NCBI GenBank assembly: GCA_034780895.1
Contig: JAUZTB010000017.1
Coordinates: forward strand, 22,301,590-22,365,589
Source: Rhynchobatus australiae
Lineage: Eukaryota
DNA length: 64,000 nucleotides
Reading direction: 5' to 3'
Made by a program: the position numbers and the translations under genes. The notes beneath the pieces were generated by a model. It worked only from the letters and a program-made list of their open reading frames with translations, was not told where the DNA came from and did not search any database. Of the stretch, positions 1 through 11,449 are shown in pieces. Every line of letters begins with the position of its first letter. Positions within the stretch are counted from its first letter, which is position 1.

Positions 1-307
1 TTGTATATTAGAGCTACCCAAACATACATTTTAAGAAAAATCTCGACAGGAGTGTAAATCAAGATGTTGCTTAAGCCAGGGCCTTTAAGAACAAATCTGA
101 CAGTTTTTCTTTTCTTTTGCATTCCTTGATCATAAATCTGGTCACAATTCTCTAAATCACTTTGATCAAAATGACCTGTAGCATAATTTATTGGCTCAGG
201 CCAAAAGGAAAAGCTGAAATGAATAATATTTCTCAATCACACTGAGCCTAGGACAATTCCTAGCCTAAAGAATTCACTTCAATCAAGATGGTTCTAACTC
301 AATAGAA

Positions 308-400
308 GTAAAAAAAACTGCAGATGATAGAAATCTGAAATAAAAACTGAAAATACTGGTCCAGTAGCATCTGTGGAGATACAGGGAGAGTTAACATTTC
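308..400 (-). mobile_element. Degenerate single arm of Penelope-terminal-like short repeat
   Basis: ctgcagatg..gaaatctgaaataaaaac..agcatctgtggaga..gagttaacatttc matches the arms of the palindromic copies at 34.9 kb and 45.3 kb. Confidence 0.55.
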
Positions 401-1100
401 TGAGAACTGTAAGACTACTCATTTTAATGTCAGTACTTGTGAGGAGTTTTTATATGACTTCACTATATCATGTGCTAACCATACCATGGTCAAAAGGAAG
501 ACTGTGGCCTTATTCAGTTAAGCCCCACAGAATAACTGAACTGCACTGAATAAAACATCCTTTGATTTGTGAGAAAAGTGTATAAAATCCTTGTACCACA
601 CATTTGACTCATAACTAAAAACATATTCTGCAAAGGCACTGTACACATAGTTTCTGAAAATTTAACAGAAGTAAAACCCTAACAGGAATGGCCATTTACT
701 GTGAAATTCAAGAACAAGTACACATTATAGCAGATTGCAAAAAATAAGTTAAGGCGATAGCACATTTGATTTTATCTTCACAATGTCTACTTATCATTAA
801 GTGTCCATAATGTGACACTGATGCAACAGATGGGAAGCTCACTTTTTAAATAATTATACATTTGTCAGTAATGTAGTTAGTTAAATTTGCCTGTACCTTT
901 GAGTCAGTAATACCTTTTATGCAAATGTAAGGAACACATTTGGGCTGGGGAAATGTATGCATCCAATGAAATTATTGCACTTTCTCCACCTTTTACTTTG
1001 GTCTGTGCTTTGGAGTTTCACTGTACAATTGAATAACTCACTTTTTTGGAATTCTGCAAAATGCTTTACCATGGCATGGCATCATTGATCACATTTGGTT

Positions 1101-1187
1101 CTATAAACTTTAAAATAACCCATCTGTAGCCCAATTGATGGTATGACATCATGATTGATGCTACAGATGAAATTTTTAAGTTTATAG
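1101..1187. repeat. 87-nt imperfect inverted repeat (hairpin)
   Basis: ctataaactttaaaataacccatctgtagc (1101-1130) pairs with gctacagatgaaatttttaagtttatag (1160-1187); the inner segment also pairs partly (caatt..gatg / catc..gattg). Confidence 0.85.
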
Positions 1188-1949
1188 TTTTATTGAGAAC
1201 TTAAATATAAAGACAAAAACGAAGAAAATGGCATCCCAAACAATAGGGTTTGTAATATGCTTAGCAACAATCATGAAATATCAACAGAAGATGACAGTTA
1301 AGAAAAAAAGAATTCATATTACTCCTTTTGTTTCTAACTTCATAGCACTATTAAAATGCCATACTTTTTTAATAAAGGTATAGTGCCTTAAAAATTCTTT
1401 GATCAACATAAAAATTAGATATATTTGCTATTGGCCTTAATGTTTGATATACAGAATAGCTAATGTGGTTTTCATTTCTTACATTAAGATAACAGGACAA
1501 GCTGTAGAGGACCCATGACCAGTGCCAGACAATGGAGACAACCACAGATGCACGCTAAGTGAAAAAACATTGGATTGCTGTTCAGGATTTATGACAGGAA
1601 ACAAAGCATTTTGGTCTGCCTTAAGGGGGAAGAATACTTTCAAAATACTTTCCTAAATCTCCTTTGTTGATTTAAGTTAACATGACAATGTCAATAGTTT
1701 TATTTATTTTAGTAGAGCAGAATGAATTTGGATCAGCTGGATACATCAGTCTCAGCATGCTAACATTTTTCAAACATCAGGTCCACATTTGGTTATGCAG
1801 TGTGGTGCCATCAATATGCAGCATAATCTAATGGAGCGTGGACAAGGTCCTGAGTTACTTCAGGTTCAACATTTTCACTTTCTTAATTGGAACTTAATCT
1901 GGAATCAGTTTAGATTGAATTTATCCATTTCGGTGAAGCGAACTTAGAT

Positions 1950-2062
1950 TCATAGAGTCACAGAGTAATACCACATGGAAACAGACCCTTCCATGCCAAC
2001 CCACATGCCCATTTAAGCAAGTCCATTGAGTCATAGAGTAGTACAGCATGGAAACAGGCCAA
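1950..2062 (-). mobile_element. Two short CR1 LINE 3' tail fragments
   Basis: catagagtca..gcatggaaacaggcc occurs twice and is the reverse complement of the CR1 3' end ggcctgtttccatgctgta..tgactctatg. Confidence 0.6.
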
Positions 2063-2939
2063 ACCTTTGTGAATTAACTCATTCAGTAAGAAGCAGTTGT
2101 GCCCATATAATATCTGACACCTCACTTTTTGAAACACTAATTAATCAAGCACAGATCTAGTTACCATAATAGGATACGGAGAAAAGAGAGAAATCTGATG
2201 CCTGACATGATAGTGAAAGTGAAGCCTGTTAAGAACAATCACCAGTGATGAGCTGGGCAGGTTGTACTGCTGTACGCAGTTTGTCACCTTTTGAAACTTG
2301 AAGCAGAGCTAAACAGAATCTGAAAAGAATGAGTTGCATTGTCAATGTCTATAAAGCCTGGTCTCTCAGCTATAAACTTCCTTGTCATCTTACAGTTTAT
2401 GGAGCAATCTTTTTTAACTGGTAGTATTTTAACCTTATGTAAGATAAATGANNNNNNNNNNNNNNNNNNNNNNNNNNNNNNNNNNNNNNNNNNNNNNNNN
2501 NNNNNNNNNNNNNNNNNNNNNNNNNNNNNNNNNNNNNNNNNNNNNNNNNNNCTGGTAGTTTGACACATGGCCTCCACGTATGTTGATTTGCATAGTGTAT
2601 ACTGAAGCATCAGTATCATTATGAAGCATAATGTCAGCTGTTTAGTACTTCATACAACTTTATTTTATTAGATGCATCTCGGACTAGCTAGTTCTGCATT
2701 TCTAAAGGAGAACGATTGAGCTTCATTACACAGGATCGGCAAGAAAAGACTTAAAAGTGCATTGTTCAACTGAGGCTCACAGGTTTTTAAAAATCTTCCA
2801 GCTAAACACATTACACTTTCCAGACTTTTCACTGAGTCCAACAATTTCAGAAAATTAGCAATTCCAGACTTGGTACCTCACAATTCCAGCATTCATAGCT
2901 TCTTTTTTTTCTCTCTTTCTGCTGGTATTGTCACATATA

Positions 2940-3485
2940 AGAGAGAGTGGAAAGATTGGGCTTACATTCATTAGAGTTTAGAAGAATAAGAGGAGATCTG
3001 ACTGAAATTTATAAGATTCTGACAGATGCAGGAAGGATATTCCCAACAGTGAGGAAGTCTAGAGCCAGCAGTCTCAGCATTAGGATACAGGCNNNNNNNN
3101 NNNNNNNNNNNNNNNNNNNNNNNNNNNNNNNNNNNNNNNNNNNNNNNNNNNNNNNNNNNNNNNNNNNNNNNNNNNNNNNNNNNNNNNNNNNNCCAGCAGT
3201 CTCAGCATTAGGATACAGGCTACACAACTTAAGACTGAGATGAGGATATATTTCTTCACCTAAAGACGGGTGAACTCATGGAATTCTGTACCACAGAAGG
3301 CAGTTGACACCAAATCATTAAATATATCCAAGAAGGAGTTCCATACAATTCTAAAGGCTAAAGAGATCAAGAGTGAGAAGACAGGAACCGCTGAAGTTGG
3401 ATGATCAGCTATGATCATATTGAATGGTACAGCATGCTTTGAGCACCATGTGGTCCACTGCTACTCCTACTTCATGTGTTTCTAT
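2940..3485 (+). mobile_element. CR1 LINE, ORF2 C-terminus and 3' UTR (degenerate, spans gap)
   Basis: ERLGLHSLEFRRIRGDLTEIYKIL is the CR1 ORF2 C-terminal motif; followed by ttcttcacc..tggaattct and gatcagctatgatcatattgaatgg 3' UTR. Confidence 0.85.
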
Positions 3486-3621
3486 ATTTATTCACCTTCT
3501 ATTTTACACCTCTTCCAGGCTTACTTTACTTATTCACCAATTTCTTTACCAGCCTCATTCACTGGGCTCCCTTTTCCCTTTAAGTTATTCAATATCTCCT
3601 GTGCTCTGTCTTGTCAGAGAG

Positions 3622-4016
3622 ATTATGGTTAAAGAAATTTGGTTTGTCCCCTTTGACACTCACCAACTTTTATCAATACACCATAGAAAGCATCCTATCT
3701 GGATGCATCATGGCTTGGTACGGCAACTGCTCTGCCCAGGACCGTAAGAAACTGCAGACAGTTGTGGACACAGCCCAGTGCGTCACGGACACCAGCCTCC
3801 CCTCCTTGGACTCTGTCTTTATCTCTTGCTGCCTTGGTGAAGCAGCCCGCATAATCAAAGACCCCACCCACCTGGGTCATTCTCTATTCTCTCCTTTTCC
3901 ATCAGGTAGAAGATACAAGAGCCTGAGGGCACATACCACCGGACTTATGGACAGCTTCTATCCCACTGTGATAAGACTATTGAACAGTTCCCTTACACAA
4001 TGAGATGGACTCTGAC
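3622..4016 (+). mobile_element. Rex1/Babar non-LTR retrotransposon, 5'-truncated C-terminal fragment (DUF1891-like)
   Basis: LKKFGLSPLTLTNFYQYTIESILSGCIMAWYGNCSAQDRKKLQTVV...HLGHSLFSPFPSGRRYKSL..DSFYPTVIRLLN is the characteristic Rex1/Babar post-RT region. Confidence 0.88.
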
Positions 4017-4320
4017 NNNNNNNNNNNNNNNNNNNNNNNNNNNNNNNNNNNNNNNNNNNNNNNNNNNNNNNNNNNNNNNNNNNNNNNNNNNNNNNNNNNN
4101 NNNNNNNNNNNNNNNNNNNNNNNNNNNNNNNNNNNNNNNNNNNNNNNNNNNNNNNNNNNNNNNNNNNNNNNNNNNNNNNNNNNNNNNNNNNNNNNNNNNN
4201 NNNNNNNNNNNNNNNNNNNNNNNNNNNNNNNNNNNNNNNNNNNNNNNNNNNNNNNNNNNNNNNNNNNNNNNNNNNNNNNNNNNNNNNNNNNNNNNNNNNN
4301 NNNNNNNNNNNNNNNNNNNN

Positions 4321-4410
4321 TGAAGGGTCTTTGATCTGAAACATTAGCTCTGTTCCACTTCTCAGATGCAGCCTAGCCTGCTGAGTATTTTTAGTATTCT
4401 CTGCTTTTAC
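4321..4410 (+). mobile_element. Penelope-terminal-like short repeat arm next to a gap
   Basis: tgaagggtctttgatctgaaacattagc..cagatgcagcctagcctgctgagtattt, same family as 34.9 and 45.4 kb. Confidence 0.65.
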
Positions 4411-4924
4411 TCTGGGTTGAACTCTGGGTTCAACTCTGGAAAGGCTGAACTCTGGGTTTGACCATAATCAATGACAAATGTTGATAAAATTTGGCTCAGT
4501 TTTTCAAGTGCAGAAAATGTGCTATAATTTTAATGTAAAAGAAAGGTTGGCACTCATTTTTATCACCCAGAGAAATCATATTGTTTCAATCAATTTGGGA
4601 TGTAATCCCATAATTACATTGGTAACCATTGGTTTCTCCTTTTCAATGTGGAGTTATTTAGTCTGTTCTCATGATTAAAAGCAGATACCACTGTTTAGGT
4701 CACTTTGTGTTCAAAGATGTTATCTTATTCTTTGAATCTAAACCTTGTGGAACACATGGATGTACTTAAAATTCAAAATTCTCAAGAACAGCAGATAACT
4801 TTAATCTTTATTATAGACAGATTTCTTTATTTAGTCTTTCTTTTCTCCTCATTGTTTCAGACATAAGCTTTTATTTTTTTTAAACTGGGTTTTGAATTCA
4901 TTCCTGTTTACGGTTTGCAAAGAT

Positions 4925-5218
4925 TGAAGCAGCAAGATGGGCAACAGCAAGGCGGTGCCGGAGTGTGGCGACTCGTTGCAAGCTGCTCTCTGCAGATCTA
5001 CTCATTACTTTTACTATAATCGTTCTACTCTTAAATTTAAATCCTATGTCACTAAGTATTACTAATAATGTTACACTTTACTCTGTAATGTAATTGTTTG
5101 TACTACCTCAATGCACTGTGTAATGAATTGATCTGTACGAATGGTATGCAAGACAAGTTTTTCACTGTACTTCGGTACAAGTGACAATAATAAATCAATA
5201 CCAATACTAATACTATAA
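4925..5218 (+). mobile_element. Short non-autonomous element with Rex1/Babar-type 3' end
   Basis: GC-rich head caagatgg..ggcggtgccggag; 3' end tgcaagacaagtttttcactgtacttcggtacaagtgacaataataaa plus a (caatac)n-like tail. Confidence 0.6.
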
Positions 5219-7802
5219 TCACATGCTGATTCCAATATTTCATTTTTGTTCTTGAAGAGATGAAGCATGGTACAGTAAATCTTGGAGTGAAGGAAGGGGA
5301 GGGTGTTCTGCCAGACATTATTTCATACATTGCATCTAAATGGAATCAGCAAAATGCATCTCCATCAGGCCATAATCTTGAGGGAGTCCACGTAATGTAA
5401 TTACCTGGTTTCTATTGGTACAAGTGTAAATTAACAGTAAGCATCATTGTATAAAAAGCCATCTGCTAAATTCTATGTCAGAATAAAATCCTTACTGAAT
5501 TTATTCTTCAGCACTTGGATTCATAACCAGATCTTAGCTCTGACATATTTAGGTTAATCTTTAAATGAAACTGGGTAGTTCAGGGTTCTGAATTTTATTT
5601 ATGGTGAAACTAATTCAAAACCCAACCTTACCAAATTACCTTTCCAGCATTAGCTAAGGAACTGACACAGAAGTTGCTGAAATTTGATTGTATTATTTAA
5701 AATCCGAATTATTCTTTTCCAGGAAGCACTGTTTTCAAGTTGCCAGATTTGTAGCATTTAGAGTGGTAGAGGAACTACTTGCTCTTGGTTTCATCATTTA
5801 CAAAAACTGAATGATTAAACACAGAAAAGACAATTACTTATCAATATTACTTATCTGTACAGAAAGCATAATGGATTAACTATCATTCGAAAATCCATTG
5901 ACTGCATTTATCACTTTAGTCAGTTGAGCAGTGAACTTTTCTCTGCTCTTTTTAACTTGCTCGTTGTTCTAATTAAGGTTAATTTGTTCCTTGATTGCAT
6001 TCCTGGGCATGGGCAATTTCAAGAAATACACAACACTGTAACTTTATTCCTTTTTATAAATCCCAGTAGTTTTTATAAAAAAGGAGATTGAATGTTGTGG
6101 AAGGAATTCCTGTTGCCTTGAAGCTAAAGTGAAAGTGTACCACCTTCATAGAGAAAATTGTCACGTCCACCGCTTAATTTGCTTTGGAACAATCAAGAAT
6201 AATTAGCTGGTTCTATTTTAAAACAGGCAACACAGTTCTCATAGTACTGTGTCTTATTCAAGGTCACTTTATGAGACGCTGTATTTGCATTTGCCATACT
6301 TCATCAGATGCTAACTCTTGTTACATTTGCTGAAAAAAAATTGTATGTATCATATTCATAACGACCTCCCACAATTAAACACTATTTATTTACTTTTAAA
6401 GCTTTTATTTACTCTCTGATCAAAATTGCAACAAGCTGATCACAAAGGAAGGCCACTGCAGGGCTCTGGTCCACTGAGATAAATAACCCGTCATAAGCTT
6501 TCTCTTGTAAAATTGAAGCATTAAAAATAAAATCCTGTCTCTTAATTTTAGTGAAAGAAGTTAAATAAGCAGATGACCAACACCTGGAAAAAGAGGTAAC
6601 AGACTCTTCATTGCTTATTATCATTGTGTAGGATTATGCTCCCAGCCTGAGATATGCTGAAGAAAATTTGAATAGAAAAGATTTTTTTGGGGAGGAGGGT
6701 GGTAAAGGAATTATGATATTGAATAAGCAGTCTGGTATGTAATATTTAATCATATGGCACTAGCACTGTGAGTATCAACTGGAGGACACAGCAGCCATGA
6801 ACTTCAGAGAACAGAATTCTAATATGGAGCACTGCAGGATGAGTCTCAGACAGAAGGTGGAAATAAGTCATGATCTCCGGTAATCTGCAGGGACAACCAA
6901 TCAATCATCCACAATGCACCATCACTGATAGTCACAGAGGTTAATTTCCTATTCCCTGCGCATCTAAACATTGAACAGTGAATGGCATTCTTTTTAAATT
7001 GTTCCTGATGGAGGAATGAGTTTTCTAAACCCTCCTTTGTGTTTTCTTTCTCTGCATTCTCCAAGTGGAATCCCAAGGCACTCTGACCATTGCACCATCC
7101 CACTGCTTGGTCCACAGAGTAAATTGAGACAAATGATTGGTCCCAGTTCACATGTTTTCTGTTGACGGGTCCACAGAGGATTATATTCTGAGATAAATCA
7201 GAAGGGATTGGGTTAGGAGAAGGTCTTTGGATTACAATCTAGCACTTGATGTACCCTCAGCAAACTTCATTTCTTTCATAAACAATTCTGTATACTGCAC
7301 TCATTTTTTCTCAAACACATTGATATCAAAATGTGATGAGGCGTCTATATTGAAACTGAGAGAGGTTATTGCTCTGCTGCTGTGCACTGGGAACCACTTT
7401 ATTTTTCCTGGCTTGTGAAAAGGGCAAGGAGGACAATTAAGAAAGAAATTATCTGGCTGCTGTATATTAGTTACTTTCTAACCAAAGTGGGAATACTCTG
7501 TGTTTGCTGTTTGTTTAAAAAAGCACAGAATATTTTAATGGCTATTTTTGATCTTATTAAATATATAGATTGGACAAAATTATTCCACTATATTTCAAAT
7601 GTCATTAAAATAATCACCAGAATAAATCTTACTTTGCTGTGTACAGTAATTATTTTTTTCTTCCATTTCATACACTTGTATATCAGCAGTGCAAATGAAC
7701 ATACTGATGTAATAGAGCATAAATCACAGAATGTACTGTATAGAACACTTAGTTCGCATTGAGGCTCCATCTCAACTGTTTCACAGCTAACTAATCTCTT
7801 AC

Positions 7803-7900
7803 TGGGCTTGACATGTCTCCAACCATCTGCACAATGATTTTGTTTTCTGATGAGCTGTCACCTGTTCACTCCTGACCTCCCTGTTGCATACCACTTTAGT
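7803..7900 (-). other. Candidate 98-nt internal exon (unassigned)
   Basis: Minus strand: acceptor cttttatttttaaag, donor gtaagag; one open frame TKVVCNREVRSEQVTAHQKTKSLCRWLETCQA; no recognised homology. Confidence 0.25.
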
Positions 7901-9929
7901 CTTTAAAAATAAAAGCTGTTCACCAGGCATGGAGCTTTGCCTGATGCAATTATAGTTTGAGAATCTAGTGTAGGTGTTAATAAGCACTGCAATAATTTAT
8001 AACTATTAATTTTAACTACTACTGAATTACAAATTCACATGATGAATCCTAATGATTAAGCCAGACCATTTGGACACAATGAAATGATTTATTTCTCTGT
8101 CTATAGGTAAGTTGTCACTGCAAACTAAGTTTTTGTGTGTCCTCTTCTTTAAGCTTGAGTTATTTACCATATTGATAGTTATTCTGTTCTGAGTCATGAA
8201 GATCTACAACCGTTAAATACAACTTAATACTTGATCTTATTAATATGCCAATTAACTTAGCAAACTATTGGCCCAGAACTTCTGATTAAAAGACAGCAGT
8301 TACACTCAGAATTGGTTGTTGCCAATGGAAATGGACCAAAGTGCCAACTTTGCTGCTGGGGTAGTTAACAAGTAGCATTATATGTTGCATCTTACAAGAC
8401 ATGTTGCAAATGGCTAACTTGGCTATTCCAAAAAAAATCCATGGTAAAACCTCTTTCCAACAGCAGATTCTATCATCTCCATTTAAATTTACAAATAGGT
8501 TATCAGCTTCTTTGCAAATTAGAAACTTGCAATGTGTTTATTTCAATGTTTAAGCATAGCTTATAACATTTTTCCCATCACGAAATCCAAAATCTATTAA
8601 AACTGTACATCCCAATATATGTAGTTTGTTCAGCAGATGTAAACATTAACCAAAAGAAAGTATCAATTCAAAGTAGTAATAATATATTCTCATAATGTTA
8701 CTATTGTGGTTGCATTTTTGAGGTCAAAACTTTTCATCTGGCAATCTGACAATAGAACATCTGCCTTCTAATGATGCACAGAGTGGGTAAATTGTGCTCA
8801 AATAAGTTTTCCCTTTATGTGAGCAACAATCATTATTGCTATATAAGCAGCCATCAAGCAAATCCATTAAAGTAATTGTGATCCCTCAAATGCATGTTAT
8901 TTCTCTTTCAAAGTTATCCAAACCCAAATGTTAGCTGGAGTTAAGTTCATGAACCACTCAAATAGTTTTTTTTGTTATCAAGCTGAAGAATGTTGCAGAA
9001 ATCAGATGTTGGATGCAGCTTATTGAACTTCTTAATTTATGCTGTACTTTTGTGTTTTGTTATGGTGAGAAAATGTTTTTCCCTTTTGTCTTTTGTTGAA
9101 AATAGTCATTAAAATTCAAAAGGCTGAATATTACACTAATTATTTAACTACCATCTTCATTAATATTTTCCATATTATTTCATAAATTACTTTTCAATAA
9201 AATATTTAATTCTTGTCCACTTAACTCTTTATTCAAACACAGACTGTTCATTTAGTAATTACATTAACACACTGACTATGAGAAACAAGAGGGAAGGGAA
9301 TATTGGTGATCCGAATAGAGAAGTAGCGCAAGTAGAAAAGAACATCATTCTTAAATGGTATACGTTTAGAATGATTAAGATATTTTAAATTCTCCCCCAA
9401 TAATGAAGTGCAAAATGGAATATTACTGGTTTTATAACTGCCTTATACATTGGACCTTTCAAGAACAACAACATATTCTTCATTTAAATTCTAATATAAT
9501 GTATTTGTATACATTATACCTGAGAAACTATGTATAGTATTTGAAGAGGTACCTACTCTTTATTGCTCACGTTCACGGTTTTTGGCAATGCATCCAGGTC
9601 CTTTAAGTTTGACTCCTGGCATTGATGGTATCAGGTTCCATTGCATTGTAGGAATTCTTTAAGAAAGGATATAGAATAAATATGTCCTCCTCTGACGTTT
9701 CAGTGTCAGAAAATCCTGTGCTATGTTATCCTTCAATGTTTCCCAAGTGAAGAAGAATTGCATGGCCACTACCAACAGTGGCACATGCCTCAATGCACCT
9801 CCCCTTTGAGGCACAAAGTGGCTTTAACAGCATGGACTAACTTGAATTACACTGGTCTCCTCCTGAGGCATTCAACCACTTAGCCATGTGATCAGCATGA
9901 GCTGCATATTGCCATCACCCCTCCACCTT

Positions 9930-10825
9930 CTTACAGAGTCCCTTGGGATTGAGGATAACTTGTTTTTACTTTAGTTCTGCGGGTTCTGAGGTGAATGATG
10001 AGGCCGATGGTGAAATTATGGATTCTTCTGCAGATGGGGAAGGAGGTGCCTAATGTAACAATAGACTGAGAAGTTTCTGAGGAGATGAGATCCTTGTACC
10101 ATTTACACTGGGGTTCCGTATTTTCCTGATGTCTAGACTGAAGGTTCTCGGTGCCCTTCTGAATGCTCTTGATCCATTTTATGAGATCATGGTTCAGGGA
10201 TTCACTGGATTCAGTGGGATGTTGCACTTCTTCAAGGGGGATTTGATAACAGCATTGAACCTTTTCCTCTCTCCATTTGGTAATACCTTCCTCTGTGACA
10301 GAGCTTGGAACAGAGTGCCTGTTTCAGGACCCAGGTGTTGGGAAAGATGACAACATGGCCTGCCATCCAAGCTACCTGAGTGTAATTAGAGGCTCAGTGC
10401 TGTGAATATTGGCCTCAGAGAGGACACCAGCATTGGTTCACTTATCCTTCCAATAGATTTTTGGAGACAGCATTGTCAGTATTTCTCTTGGCTTTTAAGA
10501 TGGCTGCTGACAGTAATCCAAGTCTCAGAAATGTATGTGAGGGTGGGAATCATTGTTGCCCAGGAGACCAAGAGATTTATNNNNNNNNNNNNNNNNNNNN
10601 NNNNNNNNNNNNNNNNNNNNNNNNNNNNNNNNNNNNNNNNNNNNNNNNNNNNNNNNNNNNNNNNNNNNNNNNNNNNNNNNTCCCTGTTGAAGAGTGCGGT
10701 CAATGCAGTGCTGCCTGCATCCCAGCATAAGTGCTTATTATGATCATCATTCTTTCTTTGTTAGATGAAGCTGGTGATCGAGGGAGATGCTTCTGCAGGA
10801 TGGAATTGCTGGCCAACCATATCCT
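9930..10825 (-). mobile_element. RTE-BovB-like LINE 3' portion (degenerate, spans gap)
   Basis: MIPTLTYISETWITVSSHLKSQEKY resembles the RTE LLYGSETWT motif; C-terminal PICRRIHNFTIGLIIHLRT is a decayed zinc-finger-like RTE terminus. Confidence 0.8.
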
Positions 10826-10827
10826 GG

Positions 10828-10985
10828 GGTTCATAGAGTCATAGGGAAATATTGCACGGAAACAGGCCCTTCAGCCCACCGAGTCTGCATTAACTGTCAG
10901 CCACCACTCACTTACACCAATACTATTTTTGATTCTCCACACATTCTTATCAACTCCCCCAGATTCTACCACTCACCCACAGACT
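10828..10985 (-). mobile_element. CR1-type 3' tail (CR1 or SINE with a CR1 tail)
   Basis: catagagtcatagg..cggaaacaggcccttcagcccaccgagtc. Confidence 0.6.
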
Positions 10986-10997
10986 AGCGACAATATC

Positions 10998-11270
10998 AAA
11001 TACTAGAGAGCATTGGTTTAAGGTGATAGTTTAAAGGAGATTTATGATGCAAGTTTTTTTTTTACACAAAGAGTGGTAGATGCCTGGAATGTGCTGCCAG
11101 GGGATGTGGTAGAAATGTTTAAGAGGCATTTAGACAGGCACATGACCAGGCAGGGAACAGAGAGAAACAGACCATGTGCAGGCAGGTGGGGTTAGTTTAG
11201 ATCGACAACAGACATGGTGGACCAAAGGGCCTGTTCCTATGCTGTACTGTTCTATGTTCTATATTCTATG
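10998..11270 (+). mobile_element. CR1 LINE 3' end with (gttctat)n tail
   Basis: actagagagcat..tttaaggtga..tttttacaca..gcctggaatgtgctgccagggg..tttaagaggcatttagacaggcacatg; ends ctgttctatgttctatattctatg. Confidence 0.85.
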
Positions 11271-11449
11271 GAGCAGGGTGGGGAAGCCACAGAGAAACTT
11301 GTGTTCAAGTACCCATCTGGCTTTGTGTGGAATGAGTGTATATGTGAGTCATTAGGTTGCGAGTGGATGTTCCTGTCTGTGTGTCTTCATGTCCTCAGGT
11401 GTGTGAGTATTTTGTCCATAGAGTAAATCCTGGTGTCGAGTCATCTTGA

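Noticed and set aside
1489-1562. Possible terminal exon DNRTSCRGPMTSARQWRQPQMHAK*
   Set aside because: Weak acceptor (taag), short, no recognised homology; cannot be supported.
3065-3220. Identical 28-bp sequence on both sides of a 100-N gap
   Set aside because: Most likely unmerged overlapping contig ends rather than a biological duplication.
3611-4003. 130-aa ORF as a host gene (DUF1891/ALKBH8-like annotation)
   Set aside because: It is the C-terminal region of a Rex1/Babar retrotransposon with no splice context.
4389-4460. Short repeats (aactctgggtt; also gcagagaccagaag at about 16990) as a CRISPR-like array
   Set aside because: Only 2-4 short adjacent units without unique spacers in vertebrate DNA; ordinary slippage duplications.
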